Source: an uncultured Candidatus Bathyarchaeia archaeon (GTDB lineage Archaea > Thermoproteota > Bathyarchaeia > Bathyarchaeales > Bathycorpusculaceae). From it: a DNA stretch of 16,180 nt. Numbering within the stretch: position 1 is the stretch's first letter; every line of letters starts with the position of its first letter. The stretch covers positions 1 to 16,180 of the forward strand of contig CAYVGZ010000032.1 of the NCBI GenBank assembly GCA_964450845.1, read 5' to 3'. Position numbers and translations under genes: made by a program. Shown piece by piece: positions 8,360-16,112 of this stretch. The notes under the pieces were generated by a model. The model was not told where the DNA came from and did not search any database. It worked only from the letters and a program-made list of their open reading frames with translations.

Positions 8360-8713
8360 ATGTCTGTTTCTGTGCTTGACCTAAAAAATCTTTCAACACG
8401 CAGACTTGATTCAGAAGGAAACAGTGTTCTTCTTAGAGGCTCTTCTTTAGTGGTTTCCCCAATAATTGCTGTTGAAATATCAAAAGATGTAACTTTTAGG
8501 AATCTATCTAAATTCACTCCTAAACTTCAAATTTTGAAGATGGGCAATTCAACTTTGCTGATTGAAGTCAGTTTGCAAATCGATGGCGGATATGTGGCAA
8601 AAACTTCTGCAGATGATTTTGATGCAGTTGGTGAAGGTGATACTGAGACAGAAGCTATTGAAGATATTATATCCGCGATTAAACTTCTGAAAGAGACTGT
8701 TTCTCAAGAATAA
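8360..8713 (+). CDS. HicB-like antitoxin with about 65-aa N-terminal extension
   Basis: C-terminal half IEVSLQIDGGYVAKT...AVGEGDTETEAIEDIISAIKLL matches the HicB partial RNase H fold. Lies directly upstream of a HicA-like gene. Confidence 0.7.
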   Translation: MSVSVLDLKNLSTRRLDSEGNSVLLRGSSLVVSPIIAVEISKDVTFRNLSKFTPKLQILKMGNSTLLIEVSLQIDGGYVAKTSADDFDAVGEGDTETEAIEDIISAIKLLKETVSQE

Positions 8714-8722
8714 GGGAAAGAC

Positions 8723-8941
8723 ATGAGTCTTCCAGTCAAATCTGGAAAAGATGTTATTAAAACCCTTCATAAAATTGGGCTTGAGATAAGGAAACAAGAC
8801 TCAAGACATGTTATTTTCCACAACAAGATTTGCAGACACTTCAATGTTCCATTACATCAGGAACTCAAAAGAGGAACGTTGATGGCAATAATCACTTACG
8901 CAGGATTGTCCAAAGAAGAATTTATCGCACAAGATCCCTAA
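8723..8941 (+). CDS. hicA: HicA family toxin (mRNA interferase)
   Basis: LPVKSGKDVIKTLHKIG, H29, VPLHQELKRGTL and AGLSKEEF match the HicA consensus; 72 aa and basic. Confidence 0.88.
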   Translation: MSLPVKSGKDVIKTLHKIGLEIRKQDSRHVIFHNKICRHFNVPLHQELKRGTLMAIITYAGLSKEEFIAQDP

Positions 8942-8976
8942 AGCTATAAGAGCCACCAATCTTTTGCACTCTTGCT

Positions 8977-9030
8977 CCTTTTTTCTCTCCATCGATAAAT
9001 TACCCAGGCTTTTGAGCAATTAGCAAAAGC
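8977..9030 (+). terminator. Possible terminator of the hicBA operon (T-rich tract plus hairpin)
   Basis: CCTTTTTTCTC about 35 nt after the hicA stop; inverted repeat GCTTTTG (9008-9014) / CAAAAGC (9024-9030). Confidence 0.3.
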
Positions 9031-9286
9031 TCTGCAGCTTCAAAATATGCCTTCATACAGACGACAACATGATCCCTCTTCTTTTCCTAATGTTAGCCAT
9101 ATAGTGATTGATAACAGAATTAGCTTCTATCATCAAACAGTTTCATGGCAACTGCCATAAAGTTAATAGGTTACAGTTTTCACTTCCATGTAGCTTATCT
9201 TTAAGAGCGAAATCCAAAATGTTTCACAGAGTTAAAACAAAAACACGTATCAACGAACATTCAGCAGAGCTTAGGCGGGTTTAGTT

Positions 9287-11503
9287 ATGGGACGCTACAA
9301 GCAGATTGAAGACATTGTTAAACTTATGAACAGCCCAGAAATAATAAGGAACACAAGCATAATAGCACACGTGGACCATGGAAAAACAACGCTTTCGGAC
9401 AGCCTTTTGGCTGCGGCAGGCATAATAAGCGAACAAACAGCTGGACAAAAACTGTTTTTAGATTCTTGGGAGCTTGAACAGAAGAGGCAGATGACAGTTT
9501 TTGCCTCAAACATAAGCATGGTTCACACTTTTGAAGGAAAAGAATACCTCATAAACCTAATTGACACGCCTGGGCACATAGATTTTAGTGGAGCAGTGAC
9601 AAGAAGCTTACGCGCCGTAGACGGTGCGCTTGTGGTTGTGGATGCGGTAGAAGGTCCTATGACTCAAACAGAAACGGTTTTGATGCAAGCATTACGCGAA
9701 AGAGTTCAGCCGATTCTGTTCATAAACAAAGTTGACAGGCTCATAAAGGAAATCAAATTAACCCCCGAAGAAATACAGCGTAAATTCGCAAAAATTATTG
9801 TTAGAATAAACAGTCTTATAGAAAAGTATGCGCCGCCTGAACATAAAAAGGACTGGCAAGTTAAAGTTGAAGACGGGCGTGTGGCATTTGGTTCAGCACT
9901 TCATAAATGGGGATTAAACTTACCTCATATGAAAGCGAAAGGAGTAACATTCCAAGAAATCATCGACGCATATACTGGAGAACACGAAGAAATTACAGCA
10001 AAAGTTGATGCCCTCAGCAAGAAAGCACCATTAAACGAACCAATACTGGACATGTTCTGTGAAAAATTGCCCAACCCGCTCCATGCTCAGCCGTACAGGC
10101 AAAGTCAAATTTGGCCAGGAGATGCATCAAGCCCTGTAGGCAAAGCAATGGCAAAAGTTGACCCTAATGGGCCACTACTTATGTGTATAAGTACAATTGA
10201 GGTTGACCCACACAGCGGAGTTGTTGCTATTGGACGAATTTTCAGCGGTACCGTTGAAAAAGGAAAGGTGGTCCAGCTAATAAACAGCCGCCAGAAAGGC
10301 ACTATTCAACAGGTTTACATGACCATGGCTACAGACAGAGTAATCGTCGACAAAATCCCAGCGGGAAACATAGCTGCACTTTCTGGATTACCATCAATCC
10401 ATGTAGGCGAAACGATTGCAGAAGAAGAATCACAAACGCAGGCGTTTGAAGGGTTAAAGTATGTTTCAGACCCTGTAGTAACGGTTGCGGTTGAACCTGA
10501 AGACGTTAAAGACCTACCGCTTTTTGACAAGGTCGTTCACAAACTGACAACCGAAGACCCGAACCTGCATTTCACGATAAACAAGGAAAGTGGCGAGTAT
10601 CTACTGAGCGGTATGGGCGAGCTGCACCTTGAGATTACAGCCTATCGAATGCAGGAGGCTGGGTTAAAGGTGAAGATTAGCAAGCCGATTGTGATTTATC
10701 GCGAGACAATCAGCCACGACTACAGCGGGCCAGCAATAATGGGCAAAAGCCCGAACAAACATAGCAAACTATGGGTAACAATAGAAAAGTTGCCTGATGA
10801 AGTTATCGAGGCGATAAAGTCTGGAAAGATTTCAGAGATGCAAACCCGAGAAGACAGACAAAAGACTCTGAAGCAGCTCGGCTGGCCTACAGATGACGCA
10901 CGTAACGTGATTGCCATCGAAGGTACAAACATACTTGTCAACAGAATTAAGGGAAGACAGTACGTTGAAGAAGTAATAGATCACGTGAAGTCTGGATTCC
11001 GAGAAGCTGTTAACACTTCAGTTTTAGCTAAAGAACCTACATATGGGTTGAAAGTCAATTTGGAAGACATCACAGTTCACGAGGACCCGGTGCATAGGGG
11101 ACCCGCTCAGATTCTTCCAATGACTTGGCGTCCTATCTGGTGTGCTTTTCTGCTTAGCGATCCGAAGCTTTTGGAGCCTTTCATTAATTTTGAATGTAAG
11201 GTTCCAAACCAGTTTGTAAGCAATGTCATCGCGATAGTGCAGAAACGTCGTGGAAAAATCTTGGATATGGTAAACGAAGAGGATATGGTGGTCGTTAAGG
11301 CTGAGATGCCTGTGTCAGAATCTTTTGGGCTTGCAGATGAACTGCGGTCATCAACACAGGGTAGAGCCTTCTGGGCAACCCAGTTCAGCCGATGGTCTCC
11401 TGTTCCAGAATCAATGCAAGCCGAAGTGATAGAAAAGATTCGAGAACGTAGAGGCTTAAGTCCAACGCCGCCTAGAGCAGAAGAATTCTACGAAGCAGCA
11501 TAA
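9287..11503 (+). CDS. Elongation factor 2 family GTPase, probably the archaeal EF-2 paralog (aEF-2p)
   Basis: G1 AHVDHGKTT, G3 DTPGHIDF, G4 NKVD, SGMGELHLEI, diphthamide loop HEDPVHRGPAQ and LRSSTQGRA. Switch I reads EQKRQMTV instead of E..RGIT[IV]. Confidence 0.85.
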   Translation: MGRYKQIEDIVKLMNSPEIIRNTSIIAHVDHGKTTLSDSLLAAAGIISEQTAGQKLFLDSWELEQKRQMTVFASNISMVHTFEGKEYLINLIDTPGHIDFSGAVTRSLRAVDGALVVVDAVEGPMTQTETVLMQALRERVQPILFINKVDRLIKEIKLTPEEIQRKFAKIIVRINSLIEKYAPPEHKKDWQVKVEDGRVAFGSALHKWGLNLPHMKAKGVTFQEIIDAYTGEHEEITAKVDALSKKAPLNEPILDMFCEKLPNPLHAQPYRQSQIWPGDASSPVGKAMAKVDPNGPLLMCISTIEVDPHSGVVAIGRIFSGTVEKGKVVQLINSRQKGTIQQVYMTMATDRVIVDKIPAGNIAALSGLPSIHVGETIAEEESQTQAFEGLKYVSDPVVTVAVEPEDVKDLPLFDKVVHKLTTEDPNLHFTINKESGEYLLSGMGELHLEITAYRMQEAGLKVKISKPIVIYRETISHDYSGPAIMGKSPNKHSKLWVTIEKLPDEVIEAIKSGKISEMQTREDRQKTLKQLGWPTDDARNVIAIEGTNILVNRIKGRQYVEEVIDHVKSGFREAVNTSVLAKEPTYGLKVNLEDITVHEDPVHRGPAQILPMTWRPIWCAFLLSDPKLLEPFINFECKVPNQFVSNVIAIVQKRRGKILDMVNEEDMVVVKAEMPVSESFGLADELRSSTQGRAFWATQFSRWSPVPESMQAEVIEKIRERRGLSPTPPRAEEFYEAA

Positions 11504-11602
11504 AACCTAACACAAGCAACAGTCAACTATCTAATTTCATTTCTCGTTACATTAGCAAACTTTATTGATTCTGAATGCACAATAGAATTCCGATGAAACA
11601 TC

Positions 11603-12199
11603 ATGATAATCGGCGTGTGTGGAAGCCCAAGAAAACAGGCGACAGAGTATGTCCTGAAAGAAGCTTTAACAACGTTAGAGAAGATAGGCTTCAAAACAGC
11701 CTTTTTCACTGTCAGAGGCAAGAACATCGAATTCTGCACACATTGCGACTACTGCCTCAAAAACAAAGAATGCGTCATTAAGGACGACATGTACGAGCTT
11801 TATGGCTTGCTTAATAATGCAAAGGGAATAATATTTGCCACACCAGTCTACAATGGCGGAATCAGCGCTCAAACGAAAGCCGTCATGGATAGATGCAGAG
11901 CCTTAGTTGCAGCGAACAGGAATTTCTTCAAGCATAAGGTTGGCATGGCCATCGCCGTTGGAGGAGACAGAGTCGGCGGACAAGAACTGGCAATACAGCA
12001 AATCCTCACTTTTTACATCTTAAACGGAATTACACCAGTTAGCGGAGGCTTTTTTGGTGCCAATCTCGGTGCGACTTTTTGGTCTAAAGATACGTTGAAT
12101 GGCGTAAAACGGGATAAAGAGGGGTTTAGAAGCTTGAAAAAAACTGTTAAGAAATTTGCTGAGTTCTTGAAAAAGCCTGAAGTCGAAAAGTCAGGCTAG
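11603..12199 (+). CDS. Iron-sulfur flavoprotein (Isf) / multimeric flavodoxin family
   Basis: GVCGSPRK FMN loop, compact CxxCxxCx5C cluster motif (CTHCDYCLKNKEC) followed by IKDDM, ATPVYNG, DRCR and GGQE. Confidence 0.88.
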   Translation: MIIGVCGSPRKQATEYVLKEALTTLEKIGFKTAFFTVRGKNIEFCTHCDYCLKNKECVIKDDMYELYGLLNNAKGIIFATPVYNGGISAQTKAVMDRCRALVAANRNFFKHKVGMAIAVGGDRVGGQELAIQQILTFYILNGITPVSGGFFGANLGATFWSKDTLNGVKRDKEGFRSLKKTVKKFAEFLKKPEVEKSG

Positions 12200-12212
12200 G
12201 CGTGTGTTCATA

Positions 12213-12821
12213 ATGTCTGTGGAAGTGATGGAGGTCAAGCAGAAAGAGGGGCAGATAAGAAGAAAGGTGGCTTGGGGGGTCACTGGCAGCGGAGACAAGT
12301 TGTCTGAGACTGTTGACGTTATGAAAAAAATAAAAGCGATGTATAAAGATAAGGTGGAAATGCAAGTTTATCTTTCGAAGGCTGCAGAGCAAGTTTTGAA
12401 GTATTACAAGTTGACTGATAAGTTGAGATCTAACTTCGACAGGATTTGGGCTGAAGTTAACGCTAATTCGCCTTTCTTGGCTGGTCAATTGCAGTTGGGA
12501 ACTTTCGAGTTTCTGTTAATTGCCCCTGCAACGTCAAATACTGTGGCAAAGATTTCTATAGGAATAGCCGACTCCCTTCTTACCAATTCGGCCATTATGG
12601 CTTTGAAGGCCTTTGTCCCCATTTACATCATGCCGTCTGACTACGAGGAAGGCATAGTGCTTACAAAGCTTCCTGACGGACGCGAGATGAAATTGAGGGT
12701 AAGGAAGCAAGATGCTAATAACGTAAAGAAGCTGGCCAAGATGGACGGTTTGTTCGTGCTGGAAAGGCCCGAAGACATTTATCTAGTCTTCGAGAAGCAT
12801 TTTGGGCGCCGAAAAACGTAA
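12213..12821 (+). CDS. afpA: Archaeoflavoprotein AfpA (HFCD flavoprotein family)
   Basis: VAWGVTGSG, YLSKAAEQV, FLAGQLQLG, IAPATSNTVAKIS.GIADSLLTN and IMPSD. ATG at 12213 (in-frame GTG at 12204). Confidence 0.8.
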   Translation: MSVEVMEVKQKEGQIRRKVAWGVTGSGDKLSETVDVMKKIKAMYKDKVEMQVYLSKAAEQVLKYYKLTDKLRSNFDRIWAEVNANSPFLAGQLQLGTFEFLLIAPATSNTVAKISIGIADSLLTNSAIMALKAFVPIYIMPSDYEEGIVLTKLPDGREMKLRVRKQDANNVKKLAKMDGLFVLERPEDIYLVFEKHFGRRKT

Positions 12822-12856
12822 CTTGATGTGGAAAAGAATGGTTTAGGTGATGTGGC

Positions 12857-13129
12857 TTGCTAAACCTTCTTAGTTTTGCCTTCCCGCTGGTTGCTGGAAT
12901 CCTATTGGGCTATTTTCTGAGAGACAAGAAACGAACAAATCTTGGTAGAATTACTTTTGGCACGATTCTGACTTTGATTTTTTCGCTCGGCTTCAGCATA
13001 GGCTCAAGTAATGAATTGTTGGGCGTGATGCCTAAAGTTGGTTTGAATGCTGTTGTCGTTTTGACGTTAACCATCTTGTTTAGTGTGGTTTTTGTGAAGG
13101 CGGCTAGAAAAGTGGTGCGGATGGAATGA
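12857..13129 (+). CDS. Small membrane protein, probable N-terminal module of a split LysO/DUF340 exporter
   Basis: Three hydrophobic segments (LIFSLGFSIG motif). TTG start after AGGTGA SD; ATGA overlap with the next gene. Confidence 0.65.
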   Translation: MLNLLSFAFPLVAGILLGYFLRDKKRTNLGRITFGTILTLIFSLGFSIGSSNELLGVMPKVGLNAVVVLTLTILFSVVFVKAARKVVRME

Positions 13130-13737
13130 TAAAATACATTGTAATCGCCCTTGTTTTCGGAGTTGTTGCAGGTTATCTGAACAATAATTTTGGAAACTTT
13201 TTCGCTAACAGTCTTGTTTCTGATTATCTGTTCAATTTTTCTCTCATTCTTTTGTTGTTTGTGATGGGGTTCTCGTTTGGAGTTGACAAGGAAGCCGCAG
13301 TTAAGCTGAAGAGAGCTGGCTTGAAGATTTTGGTTGTTCCTTTTGCCGTTGGTTTAGGCAGCATTCTAGGCGGGCTGGTCGGCGGACTAATCTTAGGCAT
13401 TAACGTTTTTGCTTCAATGGCTATTAGCGCTGGCTTCGGCTGGTACACGCTCGCGGGACCTTTGGTTGGACAACTGTTTGGGGCAGAATATGGCGTTTTG
13501 GGTTTTACTGTCAATTTTCTAAGAGAACTGCTGACTATAACGACTATTTCGTTAACTGTTAGAATTGACAAGTATGCGCCTATAGCGTTTGGGGGAGCAA
13601 CAACCATGGACACGACTTTACCAATTATTGTGCACCATTGCGGTTCTGAAGCGTTAATAACGGCGTTTTCAAGCGGGTTCACACTAAGCCTCGCAGCGCC
13701 ATTCACAATAACCGCAATAGCAACACTAACCCATTGA
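13126..13737 (+). CDS. LysO/DUF340 family exporter (C-terminal module)
   Basis: AGFGWYTLAG, NFLRELLT and GGATTMDTTLP are hallmark DUF340/LysO motifs; very hydrophobic. Confidence 0.88.
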   Translation: MIKYIVIALVFGVVAGYLNNNFGNFFANSLVSDYLFNFSLILLLFVMGFSFGVDKEAAVKLKRAGLKILVVPFAVGLGSILGGLVGGLILGINVFASMAISAGFGWYTLAGPLVGQLFGAEYGVLGFTVNFLRELLTITTISLTVRIDKYAPIAFGGATTMDTTLPIIVHHCGSEALITAFSSGFTLSLAAPFTITAIATLTH

Positions 13738-13751
13738 AGTACCAATTTAAG

Positions 13752-13776
13752 TATAGATGATTAGATTTATAGATGA
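13752..13776 (+). repeat. 9-bp direct repeat TATAGATGA x2 overlapping a putative TATA box of the methyltransferase gene
   Basis: TATAGATGA at 13752-13760 and 13768-13776. TTTATA at 13766-13771 lies about 25 nt upstream of ATG 13795. Confidence 0.5.
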
Positions 13777-13794
13777 GAATTTGCTAAATAATGA

Positions 13795-14985
13795 ATGGTA
13801 TCCATGATAAGTAAGGTTCTTACAAAAATGGAGGTTCTTTGGGGATTTGTTCAAATTCCTACCGAAGGCAAGTCTGAATTGATTGGAGACGCTTCCTTAC
13901 CTTGCGTTACAACATTGAATGGTAATCCAGCCAGACTTGACAAATATGGAAGGATATGGGCTTCAATTCTTAAAAACAGATACTCAATTGGTACAAAAGT
14001 AGTAATCAGCAAGGCTGATGGAGGATACCATGTTGAAATGGGCGGAGGAGAAAGAGAAAAAGCTGTTTCTGCGCATAATACTCAAGAAGAAATCATACCA
14101 ATCGATGCAACTTTAAAAAACGAAACAAAAGTATGGTGCAAAGTACTTGAAGGAGACTGCCTCAAGTATCTTAATAGCGGCTCAGTTGATAATGTTTGCC
14201 TCACTTTTTTTGATCCCCCTTATAGGCAAGGAAAAGAATACAAATTCTTTGACGACAACCAGTCAGATGAGAAATACTGGAGTTGGATAAAAGAGATTCT
14301 ACATAAAGTATATGATGTCACAGTATATGGTGGCGCCATCTATTTCATGCAGAGGGAAAAAAACAGTGAAAAAGTATTAAGAGTGCTGAGAAAGACTGGT
14401 TGGAGATTTCAAAGTCTCATTATTTGGAAGAAGAAAACATCTGCAGTTCCATGCAATTCTAGATTTTCCAAACAGTATCAGATAATTGCCTACGCTATTA
14501 AAGGCAATGCACCACGAGTCTTCAATAAATTGCGTGTAGATTTGCCACCCCTTCCTGAACATAAATATGAACATGAAAATGGAGTTTACCTTACAGATGT
14601 ATGGGATGATATTCGAGAATTGACTTCTGGATATTTTGCAGGTGATGAAGCAATAAGAGACGCTACTGGAAAAAGGGTTCATGTACAGCAGAGCCCAGTA
14701 GCATTGCTTTTGCGGATTATTCTGTCATCTACTAAACCCGGGGATGTCGTTTTTGATCCTCTTGCTGGTTCTGGAACCACCTTAGTAGTTGCAAGACAAT
14801 TAGAAAGGAATGCCATAGGAATAGAAATCGACCCAGAATATGTTGAACTCATCAAAAAACGATTAAGTGTCTTAAGAAGAGCTGATAGTATATCTCGCTA
14901 TTATGATTATTACAGATTTTCCCCGAATTTAAAAGAGATTTGGAAGTTAAGTAGTTTCGAAACTGAGCAGACGAGGCTTCTCTAA
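13795..14985 (+). CDS. Site-specific DNA amino-methyltransferase (m6A or m4C), beta class, with extra N-terminal domain
   Basis: Motif IV DPPY (14212-14223) precedes motif I FDPLAGSGTT (14752-14781); also EGDCLKYL, IIWKK and IGIEIDPEY. About 110 aa lie before the catalytic core. Confidence 0.92.
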   Translation: MVSMISKVLTKMEVLWGFVQIPTEGKSELIGDASLPCVTTLNGNPARLDKYGRIWASILKNRYSIGTKVVISKADGGYHVEMGGGEREKAVSAHNTQEEIIPIDATLKNETKVWCKVLEGDCLKYLNSGSVDNVCLTFFDPPYRQGKEYKFFDDNQSDEKYWSWIKEILHKVYDVTVYGGAIYFMQREKNSEKVLRVLRKTGWRFQSLIIWKKKTSAVPCNSRFSKQYQIIAYAIKGNAPRVFNKLRVDLPPLPEHKYEHENGVYLTDVWDDIRELTSGYFAGDEAIRDATGKRVHVQQSPVALLLRIILSSTKPGDVVFDPLAGSGTTLVVARQLERNAIGIEIDPEYVELIKKRLSVLRRADSISRYYDYYRFSPNLKEIWKLSSFETEQTRLL

Positions 14986-15980
14986 TGTCTATGAATGACG
15001 CTGTCGAACTTTTTATCAGAACAGCAACTGATTTGGAAAAGGGTTTAATCAACCTAAACTTTCCTTTGGAAGAAGTTGTGATAAAAGAATGCGGAAAAGA
15101 CTTGGCATATGTTGACGATCGCAGGGATGCAAAAGAAAAATATGGTTTTGACCTGTGGAAAGGCTATAGCTTAGAGTCATTAAAAAAGCACGGTATAGAA
15201 AAACGATTATTATATTCAGAATCTCAACAATTTCCTGATTTCTTGTTTAAAGTCAAGAAACGGGGAAAGATGTTCGGGAGCGGCAGTTTGATGGAACTGA
15301 AGGACTCCAAAGGTAGTAACATCTCTTCTTTTAACTCAACCATTCCAACCAAAAGCAAAACCCTTGAAGAAATCGATGTGATCAATGGAAATAACCTAGT
15401 TTCAAAAATTGCTAAACTTATTGATGGCGCATTTGCCTTGGACGAGAACTATTTAAAATTTGAAAGAAAATGTTTCTATCTCGTAAGAACGCAAAAAGGA
15501 AATGAAAAGATGAAAGTTTCCATAATTGACGGCGCCTTCTTTGAAACAGTTCCAAAAGAACACCTATTTTATCAGATGCTTCTAAACGTCTATCGAAGAC
15601 ACTTAGAAAAGAAGAATATAAAAATCGCAAAGGAAACCTTAGAACAAGTCAAAGAGGCTTTGGCGTGTATTAATGACCAGACAATAATAGCGAGTTCGCA
15701 AATTATAGAAAAAGCCTCAATTAGACCTAGGCTAAGGATTATGGCTGAAGTGCATCCAGAAGGAAACCCCCACAGCACACATTATCCAGAAATTATAGAT
15801 GGCAGTTTCAACCTTATTCTTCAATCTATTGCAGAGACAAAACAACTAAAAGAGGAAATATCTCGCCACGTTTCTGGCATTAAAGTCTTTTCTATATTTC
15901 ATAAAAGAAACGGAGAACACATAGTTTTTCAATATAAAAAAGGCAAACCCTTGTCTGAATATCTAAACCAACAATCATAA
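14985..15980 (+). CDS. Putative type II restriction endonuclease, PD-(D/E)xK fold
   Basis: TAATG overlap with the methyltransferase stop. Candidate active site P84-D85...E104-L-K106 (FPDFLF...MELKDSK) followed by SFNSTIP. Confidence 0.65.
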   Translation: MSMNDAVELFIRTATDLEKGLINLNFPLEEVVIKECGKDLAYVDDRRDAKEKYGFDLWKGYSLESLKKHGIEKRLLYSESQQFPDFLFKVKKRGKMFGSGSLMELKDSKGSNISSFNSTIPTKSKTLEEIDVINGNNLVSKIAKLIDGAFALDENYLKFERKCFYLVRTQKGNEKMKVSIIDGAFFETVPKEHLFYQMLLNVYRRHLEKKNIKIAKETLEQVKEALACINDQTIIASSQIIEKASIRPRLRIMAEVHPEGNPHSTHYPEIIDGSFNLILQSIAETKQLKEEISRHVSGIKVFSIFHKRNGEHIVFQYKKGKPLSEYLNQQS

Positions 15981-16112
15981 TAGAACACCAGAAATTTTGA
16001 CATGCGAAAGTTTCAAAGAGGAATTTTATCCACATTAAGGACATTAGAAGCTAAGGTTCAATCTATATATAAGGGGGGTCTAGTCACCGCAAAGCAACAG
16101 AAGCAACTTCAG

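Noticed and set aside
8942-9286. Possible small gene or pseudogene between hicA and the EF-2 paralog
   Set aside because: Only ORFs under about 50 aa were seen on the minus strand, with no recognisable domain; no ncRNA family recognised.
9295-10941. Short minus-strand and alternate-frame ORFs within the EF-2 gene
   Set aside because: Fully nested in a conserved gene, with no motifs or SD support.
11527-11872. ORFs 11527-11739 (-), 11575-11781 (+) and 11675-11872 (-)
   Set aside because: Overlap the Isf gene, whose frame has the FMN and Cys motifs.
13224-13745. 173-aa minus-strand ORF
   Set aside because: Antisense shadow of the LysO/DUF340 gene, which has clear family motifs; no recognisable motif of its own.
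14205-14219. T7 and C5 homopolymers at the DPPY codons as a phase-variation switch
   Set aside because: Tracts are too short to stand out in AT-rich DNA and the frame is intact.
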